From positions 399,687-463,686 of the forward strand of contig JAQBRE010000002.1 in the NCBI GenBank assembly GCA_028286605.1: a stretch of 64,000 bases of DNA. The letters run 5' to 3'. This stretch comes from Parcubacteria group bacterium. Its GTDB lineage: Bacteria > Patescibacteriota > Minisyncoccia > Phycocordibacterales > Phycocordibacteraceae. Below the pieces are notes generated by a model. The model searched no databases and was not told where the DNA came from. It worked only from the letters and a program-made list of their open reading frames with translations. A program made the position numbers and the translations under genes. Below are positions 26,976 through 36,037 of this stretch, in pieces; the stretch's first letter is position 1; each line of letters begins with the position of its first letter.

Positions 26976-27713
26976 ATGAGTAAAGATCGAAAACAAGTAG
27001 CGATACGAATGCGTAAAGAAGGTAAAACCTATAGTGAAATTTGTAATGAACTTACTATTGCCAAATCAACTCTCTCACTCTGGTTACGAGCTGTGGAATT
27101 ATCCAAACCTCAAGAGCAGAGAATAACTGAAAAGCGTACCCAAGCAGCTGCACGAGGAGGAAAAGCACGCCACGATACTCGCATAAAGGAGATCGAGTAT
27201 TCAAATATCGCTGGGATAGAAAGTATCGGCAAGCTAACCCCGCGCGAATTGTGGCTTATCGGTATTGCCCTTCATTGGGCCGAGGGTTCAAAACAGAATG
27301 AACGCTCACTAAGTGCAGGCATCGTGTTTAGTAATTCCGACTATCGAATGGTCCAGGTCTTTCTGTTGTGGTTAGGTCTATTTAAAGTACTCGATGAGGA
27401 CATTATCTTTGAATTATATGTACACGCCAGTAGAAAAGAGGAAATAGAATTATTCAAAGGGTGGTGGTCCGAAAGACTTGCAGTTCCGATTGAAAATCTT
27501 TCCCGTATATATTTAAAGCAAGGAAATCCTCAGACAAGACGCACGAATACAGAAGACTTGTATCATGGCCTCATCCGCATTAAAGTTAAAAAGAGCACCG
27601 CGATGAATCGCAATATACAGGGCCTGATTCATGGCATTGCAACTCAATTGGGGAGTGGTGTAATTGGTAACACGTCTGCCTTTGAAGCAGAAGACTCTAG
27701 GATCGTACCCTAG
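26976..27713 (+). CDS. HTH-domain protein with a LAGLIDADG-like motif (possible free-standing homing-endonuclease-like gene) in an AT-rich insert
   Basis: N-terminal HTH (RMRKEGKTYSEICNELTIAKSTLSLWLR). The downstream ELWLIGIALHWAEGSK resembles the LAGLIDADG / LxGxxxG(D/E)GS motif. Local GC is about 40%. Confidence 0.45.
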   Translation: MSKDRKQVAIRMRKEGKTYSEICNELTIAKSTLSLWLRAVELSKPQEQRITEKRTQAAARGGKARHDTRIKEIEYSNIAGIESIGKLTPRELWLIGIALHWAEGSKQNERSLSAGIVFSNSDYRMVQVFLLWLGLFKVLDEDIIFELYVHASRKEEIELFKGWWSERLAVPIENLSRIYLKQGNPQTRRTNTEDLYHGLIRIKVKKSTAMNRNIQGLIHGIATQLGSGVIGNTSAFEAEDSRIVP

Positions 27714-27765
27714 CTCCCCAGCATCTATAACCAGCATTCGATCTCCAGTCTCCCAGCAATAAAAT

Positions 27766-27797
27766 AAAACCCCGCCGGGGTGTGTGCCGACGGGGTT
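27766..27797 (-). terminator. Rho-independent terminator of the 27819-28082 gene
   Basis: aaccccgccgg-ggtgtgtg-ccgacggggtt hairpin. The minus-strand side is followed by ttttattttatt. Confidence 0.65.
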
Positions 27798-27818
27798 GAA
27801 GATTCTGGTTCGCAAAAG

Positions 27819-28082
27819 TCATGCGTCCAAAGTGATCTGATGAGGGTGGGCTTCGACGCGACGGAACTCGCCGCCAACATCGAAATCTACATCGAAAAGA
27901 TCAGGAGCGCCCGACGCCCGTCCGTGTACGAGACCTCGTGTACCGAATGGGATATCTCGTAGTGATGGTCCTCGATATGTTCCGAGTGGCGGTGTGATTC
28001 GTCCAGAGAAGTCCTCTGTGGCGATCACAAGGTCATCTTTGCGAATCTTGTTCGGGTTCGGTTGATGTCGCTTGTTAGCCAT
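27819..28082 (-). CDS. Hypothetical protein (87 aa)
   Basis: Start MANKRHQPNPNK... is preceded by gggagg with a 6-nt spacer. The longer ORF-track start lacks an RBS. Confidence 0.5.
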   Translation of the reverse strand: MANKRHQPNPNKIRKDDLVIATEDFSGRITPPLGTYRGPSLRDIPFGTRGLVHGRASGAPDLFDVDFDVGGEFRRVEAHPHQITLDA

Positions 28083-28182
28083 TTGTGACCCTCCATTGAC
28101 TGTATATATTATACATCTATAGATTTGTAAGTCAATAGTTAGATTCAAACATCGTTTCAGCCAGTATATTTAGAAAATAGAA

Positions 28183-28216
28183 AGCCGCCCGTATCTTTCG
28201 ATAGGGCGGCTAAGCA
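28183..28216 (-). terminator. Rho-independent terminator of the 28247-28564 gene
   Basis: agccgccctatcgaaagatacgggcggct hairpin followed on the minus strand by tttctattttct. Confidence 0.65.
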
Positions 28217-28246
28217 GTGGGTTTGCTCATACCTGTTGTCGCGCTT

Positions 28247-28564
28247 CTATTGCAGCTGCGTTATCTGCTCTTCGAAGCACCACTGAATCGCGATCGGGCC
28301 TTTCGAGTGCATCTGCACCGTATAGGCGAGCCGGTCTCCTTTTTCAGGAATGCGAAACGTGTCGCCATTCTCGAGCTGAATCAGAATGATCTGGCCCGAG
28401 GTATCCTTTTCAGGACGGCTTATGTTCTTCCAGAAGAAATGCAGATACTCGACGCCGCTTCGCGCGACATCAGGGACAATGAAGCCCTTCGCGACAGGGG
28501 AGTAGGTGGAATCGAAATCCGTAACCGTGCCATACTCGATCGTCTTAACAATAGATTCGCTCAT
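28247..28564 (-). CDS. Hypothetical protein (105 aa)
   Basis: ORF with its own terminator. No recognisable domain. Confidence 0.5.
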   Translation of the reverse strand: MSESIVKTIEYGTVTDFDSTYSPVAKGFIVPDVARSGVEYLHFFWKNISRPEKDTSGQIILIQLENGDTFRIPEKGDRLAYTVQMHSKGPIAIQWCFEEQITQLQ

Positions 28565-28655
28565 AGGTATGTATCCTTCGTGCGGATTGTGAAGCCCGAG
28601 AACCTCGGTTCAAGGGCATGTTCAAGCTGAAATCATAGTATCATATAAACAAGTA

Positions 28656-29141
28656 TTGTCAATACACCCCCAATACGGCCAGCGAGATTACATGAGGTAC
28701 AATTACGCTATGTCAGAAAAACCACCACGCTTCGAGGCCAAGAAAGAGCTCACCGATCAGGAAAAGGAATGGAAAGAGCTAGAAGAATCTTATGCGGACA
28801 AGATAAACGCATATGCCACCGCAGAAGCAGGGCAAGACAGTCCTGAACACTGCGCAGAAAAGATAGAGGAATTGAATACGCTTCTCGATTCTTTTGAAAA
28901 GACACACGATGTGGAGGCACTATATGCGATTACCGAACTCGATCGTCACGTCGCGAAAGATCATCCGACACGCGAACCCGCCCGGCAGGACCTGGCGCCA
29001 ATCGTTGCGCTCTTGAATTATCTAGCGAAACAGGAGGCAGTCTCGTCTGAAGCGTTTGCCACCCTAAAGGCAAGGCATCGCCACATTGATCAAGCTATTG
29101 GAACTATACGTAACGAGAATCAGGTCATACATCTTAAATAG
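28656..29141 (+). CDS. Hypothetical acidic protein (161 aa)
   Basis: ORF only. Predicted helical and Glu-rich. Confidence 0.45.
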   Translation: MSIHPQYGQRDYMRYNYAMSEKPPRFEAKKELTDQEKEWKELEESYADKINAYATAEAGQDSPEHCAEKIEELNTLLDSFEKTHDVEALYAITELDRHVAKDHPTREPARQDLAPIVALLNYLAKQEAVSSEAFATLKARHRHIDQAIGTIRNENQVIHLK

Positions 29142-29219
29142 CCTGTAGATGAAGGCTCAAAGGCGAGATTTGTCATATTTAAATTATATGATATAATGAC
29201 CCTACGATAACAATCTATT

Positions 29220-29723
29220 ATGGCCGAATACAAAAAGAACACTGGTTTTAAGAAGAGCTTCGCAAGCCGCGGAGCGAGCGGTCCTGGCCGTTTCAGCCGT
29301 CCGAATAGCGACGGACCTCGTGAAATGTTCAAGGCGCAGTGCAGCAACTGTAAGAATGAATGCGACGTCCCCTTCAAGCCGAACGGTACGAAGCCGGTAT
29401 TCTGCCAGAACTGCTTCAAGCGTGATGAAGATCGCGACTCACGTGATTCACGTGGCCCTCGCGATTCCTTCCAGAAGCGTGATTTCAATGCGCCGCGTTC
29501 ATTCGCACCCGCATCGCAGTCTAATGATCACCGTATCGATGATCTGAAGCGCCAGATGATGACTCTTGATAGCAAGCTCGACCGTGTCGTGCAGATGCTC
29601 GAGTCTTCTTCTCGCAAGGCTGCTGCATCCGCACCGGAAGCTATCGTTGCTGAGGCAACCGTAGAGGAAAAGCCTGTCAAAAAGGCGGCAACAAAGAAGG
29701 TCGCAGCAAAGAAAGCGAAGTAA
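29220..29723 (+). CDS. Zinc-ribbon (CxxC-x17-CxxC) protein with an Arg/Asp-rich linker, a coiled coil and a Lys/Ala-rich histone-H1-like tail
   Basis: AQCSNCKNECDVPFKPNGTKPVFCQNCFKR, RDEDRDSRDSRGPRDS low-complexity, and the C-terminal KKAATKKVAAKKAK. Confidence 0.55.
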   Translation: MAEYKKNTGFKKSFASRGASGPGRFSRPNSDGPREMFKAQCSNCKNECDVPFKPNGTKPVFCQNCFKRDEDRDSRDSRGPRDSFQKRDFNAPRSFAPASQSNDHRIDDLKRQMMTLDSKLDRVVQMLESSSRKAAASAPEAIVAEATVEEKPVKKAATKKVAAKKAK

Positions 29724-29742
29724 GAAATCTGAAGTATTCATG

Positions 29743-29768
29743 ATTCACGCGCGGTTTATATAACCGCG
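29743..29768. repeat. Perfect 10-bp-arm palindrome (acgcgcggtt-tatata-aaccgcgcgt) after the Zn-ribbon gene. Terminator or operator.
   Basis: Read directly from the sequence. GC-rich stem with an AT loop, and no strong U-tract. Confidence 0.5.
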
Positions 29769-29855
29769 CGTATACTTCGTGTTCTGTGTAGAGAAACGCA
29801 ACGGATGTAATGGAATGACGACACGCACAGTCATTACTACATAACGCACATATCT

Positions 29856-30626
29856 ATGAAGAATACGCAGAAACATTTTGCGCTGGTTCGCGGTGTCGTT
29901 GGCACCACGATGAGCGTCGCATTAGTAGCGGGTACGCTTGTTCCATTCGCATACGCGCAGACGACCGGTACGACGGATACAGGAACGAGTACGACCGCTA
30001 CGAGTACCGATACGGGAACCGGAACGACGACCGGCGATATGGGCAGCACGACGACCAGTACCACCACGACTGGCACTGGTACCACAACAACGGGAACGGG
30101 TACTACTGGCACGACCACCACAGGAACCGGCATGACCAATGCAGACATCACGGCTGCGTTAGCACTGCTTCAGGTGAAGATTGATGCGCTGTCACAGGTC
30201 ATCCAGGATCTTAAGAATGAACTCAGCGCATTCATTGCTGGAAACGGAAACACCGGTACGGGTACGGGAAGTGGCACCGGTACAACTACAACGGGCACAG
30301 GTGGTACAGGAACTACTACCACAACCGGTGGTAACGGTACGGGGACAACAACAACGGCTACCACGACGACAGGAACGACCACTACTGGTACCGGCTCGAG
30401 TAGCACGACAACAGGAACAGGGGGAACTACTACCGGCCCTAGCTGGTTGAACGGCGTGCTCTCTCAGCTCTTCGGTAACGGATCTGGCACAGCAACGTCA
30501 GGCCCAACAGGAGCATCTGCAGGCGGCACTATTAGTACAGGTAATGGCGCCGCAGTAGTGAACAGCAACGGTGATGTAATTTATGCAGGGCAGGGCGGTT
30601 CAGGCATCATTCGCGCGACGCACTAG
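29856..30626 (+). CDS. Secreted Thr/Gly-rich low-complexity protein with a central coiled-coil segment
   Basis: Signal peptide (VALVAGTLVPFAYA). Long (T)n-G-T-G repeats flank ADITAALALLQVKIDALSQVIQDLKNELSAF. The antisense PVPVVVVP ORFs are artefacts of the repeat. Confidence 0.6.
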   Translation: MKNTQKHFALVRGVVGTTMSVALVAGTLVPFAYAQTTGTTDTGTSTTATSTDTGTGTTTGDMGSTTTSTTTTGTGTTTTGTGTTGTTTTGTGMTNADITAALALLQVKIDALSQVIQDLKNELSAFIAGNGNTGTGTGSGTGTTTTGTGGTGTTTTTGGNGTGTTTTATTTTGTTTTGTGSSSTTTGTGGTTTGPSWLNGVLSQLFGNGSGTATSGPTGASAGGTISTGNGAAVVNSNGDVIYAGQGGSGIIRATH

Positions 30627-30655
30627 GGGATTTTAAGAAAGGTATAAGAGTGTGA

Positions 30656-30692
30656 CGAAGCACCGGCGGGCCTATGGCCCGCCGGTGCTTCT
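30656..30692 (+). terminator. Strong rho-independent terminator
   Basis: gaagcaccggcgggcc-tat-ggcccgccggtgcttc is a perfect 16-bp stem. Confidence 0.7.
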
Positions 30693-30713
30693 GCGTAATG
30701 CTAGTATTTATGC

Positions 30714-31502
30714 ATGAATCCTTTCATAATTTCGGCGATCTTCCTTTTTATATACATGTGCTTCGCCTTCGTAATCTCGCTCATCCGCAAAGACAATGGA
30801 ACGGCAGACATCGCCTACGGCTGGGGCTTCGTGCTTCTTGCATGGATCACGTTCGCGCACGGCATGCCAGGATTGCCTGCGCTTGTCGCGAACATACTGG
30901 TTACGATATGGGCCGTGCGTCTTTCAGTTCGCATCTATTTACGCGGCATCGGTAAGCCAGAAGACTTTCGTTATAAGAAGTGGCGCGAGGAATGGGGAAA
31001 GACGTTCGTGGTGCGCAGCTTCTTTCAGATATACGTACTGCAGGCCGTTGTGATCTATCTCGTTTCAATTCCGGTGATGATGCTTAACGTATACAACGGG
31101 CCTTTGGTCTTTGGGCTCATCTCCTTATTCGGTCTTGTCGTCTGGATCAAAGGATTCGTCTTCGAAGCGGTCGGTGATTACCAACTCGCGCACTTCATGC
31201 GGAACCCTGCGAATAAAGGCCACGTCATCCAGACCGGTCTCTGGCATTACACGCGTCATCCGAATTACTACGGTGAATCGCTCATGTGGTGGGGTCTTGC
31301 GCTTGTTTCATTCGGTACTATCGGCGCGACGCATTCGCTCTGGTTCGCGGCTATCGCGTTCGTCGGACCGATTCTCATCACCTTCTCGCTCCTGAAAGTT
31401 TCGGGCGTACCGCTTCTTGAAGCGCACTTCGCAGGCCAGCCAGAATGGGAAGCATATAAAGCGAAGACGAGCGTCTTCATCCCGTGGTTCCCTAAGAAAT
31501 AA
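30714..31502 (+). CDS. DUF1295-family membrane protein (steroid 5-alpha-reductase / ICMT-like fold)
   Basis: Multi-TM protein with GLWHYTRHPNYYGESLMWWG, the DUF1295/3-oxo-5-alpha-steroid dehydrogenase C-terminal signature. Confidence 0.7.
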   Translation: MNPFIISAIFLFIYMCFAFVISLIRKDNGTADIAYGWGFVLLAWITFAHGMPGLPALVANILVTIWAVRLSVRIYLRGIGKPEDFRYKKWREEWGKTFVVRSFFQIYVLQAVVIYLVSIPVMMLNVYNGPLVFGLISLFGLVVWIKGFVFEAVGDYQLAHFMRNPANKGHVIQTGLWHYTRHPNYYGESLMWWGLALVSFGTIGATHSLWFAAIAFVGPILITFSLLKVSGVPLLEAHFAGQPEWEAYKAKTSVFIPWFPKK

Positions 31503-31550
31503 AAGGCCAGCACTGGGCTAAAAGCGCAACATGCGGTAAGCTATATGTAA

Positions 31551-33044
31551 ATGGCCGAGAAAAAGAATAGTGAGCAGAATGGAGCGCCGCCGCGCGAAAT
31601 AGTAACGCGGTTCGAGACCGCTTCATTCGAATACGGGCACAATCACCCCATCTTGGAAGAGGTGGATTTTTCGCTACGCAAAGGAATGAAAGTTACGCTC
31701 ATGGGTCAGAACGGCGCAGGCAAGTCCACGATCTTCAAACTCATTACGGGCGAGCTTCATCTGCAGAGCGGCAAGATTCAGATTCCTCGCGGCGTCACTA
31801 TCGCTATGGCGAGCCAGGTTATTGCACCCGCACTGCGTGAGAAGACCATTCGTGAGTTCTTCGAGGCATGCTTCAAAGATAAGACCTACGATATCGACCC
31901 GAAGATAGATGAAGTGCTTGAGGTGGTGAATCTGCATGCGCCGAAGGATCGCATCATCAGTTCGTTCTCGGGCGGACAGCAGGCACGTCTATTGCTTGCG
32001 AGTGCGATCATTCAGGACCCAGACCTTCTTCTTCTCGACGAGCCGACGAACAATCTTGATCATGCGGGTATCGAGCACCTCACTCGGTTCCTTAAGAATT
32101 ACGAGAAGACGGTTCTTGTTATTTCTCATGATGCAGAATTCTTGAACTCATTCTCTGACGGCGTGCTCTACCTTGATGTGTTTACGCGAAAGATGGAGCA
32201 GTATTCAGGAAACTATTACGACCTCCTGAAAGAAATAACCGCACGTATCGAGCGCGAGAATCGTAAGAATGCGCAGCTCGAGAAGCAGATTCAGGCGAAC
32301 AAGGACAAAGCGAACTTCTTCGCGCAGAAGGGAGGCAAGATGCGCGTCGTGGCGAAGAAGATGCGTACGCAGATCGAAGAGATGGAGGAAGACAAGGTGG
32401 ATGTTCGCAAGGAAGACAAGACCATCCGACCGTTCGTTATTCCTTCGCAGCCAGAAATCGTCGGCGATGTGATGAACATTACGTCGTATACCACTATGGA
32501 TCCGAAGACGCACAAACCAGTGGAGCATAAGAAGGACCTTCCGCTTCGAAAGAAACAGCATCTATTACTACGTGGCCCGAACGGTATCGGCAAGACGACG
32601 CTGCTTGAAGCGCTCGCAAGCGGAAAGGCAGAGGGCGCGAAGATCGCGAAGGATGTACGCGTCGGCTACTATCGTCAGGATTTCTCCACGCTTAACTTCG
32701 ATCACACGGTTCGCGAATCCCTTCTTTCCGTTATGGATAAGCAGGACGAAGAGAAGATGCGCGCGACGGCGGCTGGGTTCCTTATCACTGCAGACCAGAT
32801 TGGAAAGAAGATCGGCGTGCTTTCTGAAGGACAGAAAGGTCTCGTTGCCTTCGCACGCCTCGTGCTTGAGCGCCCAGGCCTTCTTATCCTGGACGAGCCG
32901 ACGAACCACATCAACTTCCGTCATCTTCCGGTTATTGCCAAAGCATTAGACCAATATGAAGGCGGCATGATCCTTGTGAGCCACGTTCCTGAATTCGTCA
33001 CACAGATCCGCATTGACGATATTCTTGATCTCGATAAGAAGTAA
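31551..33044 (+). CDS. ABC-F family ATPase (tandem ABC domains, no TMD)
   Basis: Two Walker A motifs (GQNGAGKST; GPNGIGKTT), two ABC signatures (SGGQQAR; SEGQKGL), two Walker B motifs (LLLLDEPTN; LLILDEPTN), and a charged inter-domain linker. Confidence 0.85.
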   Translation: MAEKKNSEQNGAPPREIVTRFETASFEYGHNHPILEEVDFSLRKGMKVTLMGQNGAGKSTIFKLITGELHLQSGKIQIPRGVTIAMASQVIAPALREKTIREFFEACFKDKTYDIDPKIDEVLEVVNLHAPKDRIISSFSGGQQARLLLASAIIQDPDLLLLDEPTNNLDHAGIEHLTRFLKNYEKTVLVISHDAEFLNSFSDGVLYLDVFTRKMEQYSGNYYDLLKEITARIERENRKNAQLEKQIQANKDKANFFAQKGGKMRVVAKKMRTQIEEMEEDKVDVRKEDKTIRPFVIPSQPEIVGDVMNITSYTTMDPKTHKPVEHKKDLPLRKKQHLLLRGPNGIGKTTLLEALASGKAEGAKIAKDVRVGYYRQDFSTLNFDHTVRESLLSVMDKQDEEKMRATAAGFLITADQIGKKIGVLSEGQKGLVAFARLVLERPGLLILDEPTNHINFRHLPVIAKALDQYEGGMILVSHVPEFVTQIRIDDILDLDKK

Positions 33045-33053
33045 AATAGCGAT

Positions 33054-33767
33054 ATGAAGACGATTCGTTTCGATGCAGATACACGCGGAGGTGGCGATTA
33101 CGGCTGGCTGAATACGCGCTACAGTTTCAGCTTCGCGAACTGGATAGACAAGAACCGTATGGGCTTCGGCGCGCTTCGCGTCCTTAATGATGACACCATC
33201 GCGCCGGGCAAAGGCTTCGATCCGCACAGCCATGCAGACATGGAAATCATCACGCTCGTGATGAAAGGAGCGGTTGCGCATGAAGACAGTGGTGGCGGAA
33301 AGGGAGTAGTGGTTGCTGGCGAAGTGCAGGTGATGTCTGCAGGGACGGGTGTTACGCATGCCGAATTCAATGCATCCGAAACAGATCCACTCGAACTATT
33401 CCAGATTTGGATCATGCCGAAGACACTCGGCGGCGAACCGCGCTATGCGACTCGCTCATTTGAAGCGCTCGGTTCGATTCCAGGGATCACGCTGCTCGTT
33501 ACTCCGGAAAGCGAGACGGAAGGTGATGACCTTTTTATTCGCCAGGATGCCTATCTTTCATTCATCACGCTCGATGCGAGCGGCGAACAGATATATGAAT
33601 TGAAACAGGAAGGGAATGCCGTATATGTTTTCGTAATAGAAGGAACGCTCACGACGGCAGGCGAAACACTGAATGCACGCGATGCGCTTGGCGTGGTGGA
33701 AACGAATGAGATCGCGTTCGCGGCCTCCGGCCATGCCACTGCGCTTATCATCGAGGTTCCGGTCTAG
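33054..33767 (+). CDS. Pirin-family cupin protein (YhhW-like)
   Basis: GFDPHSHADMEIITLVMKGAVAHEDSGG...GEVQVMSAGTGVTHAEFN matches the pirin N-domain metal-binding motif (HPHRGFET...HxD...GDVQWMTAGxGIxHSE). Confidence 0.8.
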   Translation: MKTIRFDADTRGGGDYGWLNTRYSFSFANWIDKNRMGFGALRVLNDDTIAPGKGFDPHSHADMEIITLVMKGAVAHEDSGGGKGVVVAGEVQVMSAGTGVTHAEFNASETDPLELFQIWIMPKTLGGEPRYATRSFEALGSIPGITLLVTPESETEGDDLFIRQDAYLSFITLDASGEQIYELKQEGNAVYVFVIEGTLTTAGETLNARDALGVVETNEIAFAASGHATALIIEVPV

Positions 33768-33841
33768 TTCGATGCCTAGTCTGCCAACTTGCATTTAGTA
33801 TATGTGCGACTATAGTTCGAAAAGAGAAACGGAGGTGGAAC

Positions 33842-34138
33842 ATGGTTCTAGATCTTATAATGAAGCGCGGGTGGTGGCACTGGGAGAGAGATCGCAATGA
33901 TTCTTCGTACTGGTCTCTGGCCCGCAAAGACAATGTGTTCAATTTGAAACTTCCAAGCGAAGCTGTTCTGCAAAGGCTCTGGAGGGAATCAACCCCCAAC
34001 GCCGCATTCAGGCCTCTGCGTGTCCTGGCACGCCTGGACTGGGGTTGTATTGCCGCAACCCCAAAGTATATCCCCACATCAGTGCGGGTCCGATTCCTTG
34101 CGAAAGTCGCCAAGAATCGAGCAACTAGAGAGTCTTAA
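33842..34138 (+). CDS. Hypothetical basic protein (98 aa)
   Basis: RBS ggaggtgg. Trp/Arg-rich. No recognisable domain. Confidence 0.45.
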   Translation: MVLDLIMKRGWWHWERDRNDSSYWSLARKDNVFNLKLPSEAVLQRLWRESTPNAAFRPLRVLARLDWGCIAATPKYIPTSVRVRFLAKVAKNRATRES

Positions 34139-34140
34139 CA

Positions 34141-34174
34141 AGAGGCGTTCGTGAATTCACGAACGCCTCAAAGT
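34141..34174 (+). terminator. Perfect 14-bp-arm palindrome centred on GAATTC. Terminator of the 33842-34138 gene.
   Basis: gaggcgttcgtgaattcacgaacgcctc followed by aaagtttt. Confidence 0.6.
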
Positions 34175-34204
34175 TTTACTAAAGTTCCAACGTCGACCTA
34201 GACT

Positions 34205-34360
34205 GTCAGCGTGCTACGATGCGCGGGTCGTAGCGGTGGAAATCGGAACACCCTCGTGACTAGCCGACAACCGAAACGGAACATCCCAGTGTGGCCTCTG
34301 TGGCTCTGGTTGGATAGGGTCAGCTACGACAGCCGTCTGCAGCGATGCAGGCGGCTTTTC
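34205..34360 (+). ncRNA. Candidate structured non-coding RNA or leader (class unknown) ending in an intrinsic terminator
   Basis: 155-nt ORF-free segment. 5' hairpin gctacga-tgcgcgg-tcgtagc. The downstream gctacgac (34323-34330) can pair with the same gtcgtagc, giving alternative pairing. Terminator gccgtctgca-GCGA-tgcaggcggc + ttttccttt at 34332-34364. A possible -10 tagact lies at 34203-34208. Confidence 0.35.
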
Positions 34361-34380
34361 CTTTGGGGTATACTCACCCA

Positions 34381-34980
34381 ATGAAACTAGACCGGCTCAT
34401 GGCTTTCGTGGAGATGCAGCAGACATTCCAGAAAGTGGATCGCATTATACGTGTGCCAGGTATGCCCGATCGCTGGGAGAACGATGTGGAGCATAGCTAC
34501 AACCTCGCGATGCTCGGCTGGTATATCGTCACGAGTGAGAAGCTCGATTTGAATGCGGACCTCGTCATCAAGTACGGCATGATTCATGACCTCGTTGAAG
34601 TGTATGCAGGCGACACCTATATTTATGAAAAGGATGCTTCACATCTTGCCAGCAAGCACGAGCGCGAAGCTGCCGCAGCGGTACAGCTAGCTGAAACCTT
34701 TCCTGAGTTCCCGGACCTACACGAATTAATAGAGACGTATGAAAAGCGCGAAGACGCAGAGAGCAGATTCGTGTATGCACTTGATAAGCTGCAGCCGATC
34801 CTGCATATCTATATGGATGATGGTGCGACATGGAAGGAGATGGGAATAACGCTTGCGATGGCTATAGAAAACAAGACACCGAAAATCGCCGTGTCGCCCG
34901 AAGTGCAGGTGTACTATGACGAACTCATGCTCATCCTGCACGAGCGTCAGGAAGAATTGTTCGGTTCAGTGACGGTCTAG
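34381..34980 (+). CDS. HD-domain phosphohydrolase (YfbR-like 5'-deoxynucleotidase family)
   Basis: NDVEHSYNLAMLGWYI...IKYGMIHDLVEVYAGDT (the H...HD...D metal ligands of the HD_3/YfbR family). ggggTATACT sits 6 nt upstream of the ATG. Confidence 0.75.
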   Translation: MKLDRLMAFVEMQQTFQKVDRIIRVPGMPDRWENDVEHSYNLAMLGWYIVTSEKLDLNADLVIKYGMIHDLVEVYAGDTYIYEKDASHLASKHEREAAAAVQLAETFPEFPDLHELIETYEKREDAESRFVYALDKLQPILHIYMDDGATWKEMGITLAMAIENKTPKIAVSPEVQVYYDELMLILHERQEELFGSVTV

Positions 34981-35774
34981 AGGCCGAGGGACTTCAGGAA
35001 TTCTTTCAGTTCTTCACCTTCGATGGGGCGGAAGTCACCGGCATTCATCTTGCCTATTTTTATATTGAGCACGCGACTGCGCTTGAGGTCTTCAACTTCG
35101 TTATGCATAGCAACCACCATGCGGCGCACCTGATGCTTCTTTCCTTCGGTGAGGGTAATAGCGAATGATTTCTCGCCGAGGATCTTAACCTTGGTGGGCT
35201 TCGTCATATAGCCTTCTATATCTACCCCTGCCTCCATATGCGTGCGGAAACTATCGCGAAGCGGGTACTTCACCTTAACGATGTATTCCTTATCGTGCTC
35301 TGCGTTGGGATTGAGGAGACGGTCCGTAATGCGGCCATCATTCGTAAGGATGATGAGGCCATGCGAATCCTTATCGAGGCGGCCGACGGGGAAGACGCCT
35401 TGCTCTGCGAGTTCAGGAACATCTTCGCGGATATCCGTTTCATCTTCACCGGGGGAATGCGTGATGACGCCGCGCGGTTTGAAGTATGCGTAGTACAGGT
35501 TCGTCGTCGGCTTCTTTCCTGACTTGATTTCAACTTTGTCGGTGGCTTCGACTTTGTCACCAAGGACCGCGATGCGGCCATTGATGATGACACGGTGCTT
35601 CTCTATGAGTTCATCGGCGCCACGACGCGTGGAGTGACCCTTGAGTCCGAGGTATCGGTTGATGCGCATCGGGTATTTCGGCTCTTCCGCATCAGGGCGT
35701 ACAGACGCAGCGCGCCGCAGCGGCGCGCGTTTCTTAGGAGCAGTCTTCTTAACAGACTTTCGTATCATACGCAC
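34977..35774 (-). CDS. Pseudouridine synthase, RsuA/RluB family (S4 domain + catalytic domain)
   Basis: S4 domain (MRINRYLGLKGHSTRRGADELIEKHRVIINGR) and the catalytic motif VFPVGRLDKDSHGLIILTNDG. It has a Lys-rich N-terminal extension. Confidence 0.85.
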   Translation of the reverse strand: MRMIRKSVKKTAPKKRAPLRRAASVRPDAEEPKYPMRINRYLGLKGHSTRRGADELIEKHRVIINGRIAVLGDKVEATDKVEIKSGKKPTTNLYYAYFKPRGVITHSPGEDETDIREDVPELAEQGVFPVGRLDKDSHGLIILTNDGRITDRLLNPNAEHDKEYIVKVKYPLRDSFRTHMEAGVDIEGYMTKPTKVKILGEKSFAITLTEGKKHQVRRMVVAMHNEVEDLKRSRVLNIKIGKMNAGDFRPIEGEELKEFLKSLGL

Positions 35775-36037
35775 AGTATAGCGCGTATCGGTTTCTCACG
35801 CTGTCTTCATCGTGGTGCGCGTATCATGCGCGAGTATTCAATTACTTCGCACGTAATCAAAAATTTCTATGCTTAAGAATATGAAATACGATCTGATGCT
35901 CGCGGTTCCTGCACTTATGCTTGCAAGCGTGCTCGGCGCATTCGCGATCGCGCACTCGTAACAAATTAATCTGATACGATAGAGGGGCGACGGACGAAGG
36001 ACGGCGTAAGATACGCCGTCCTTTTACGTCATATCCT

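Noticed and set aside
29990-30450. Highly repetitive ACx/GGx tract that might be mistaken for a CRISPR array or other tandem repeat locus
   Set aside because: It is an in-frame Thr/Gly-rich low-complexity coding region of a secreted protein (29856-30626), with no regular repeat-spacer periodicity. The antisense PVPVVVV ORFs are artefacts.
34345-34380. ORF-track start of the HD hydrolase at 34345
   Set aside because: The ATG lies inside the terminator stem. The start at 34381 (MKLDRL...) is preceded by a tatact -10-like element, as at other genes here.
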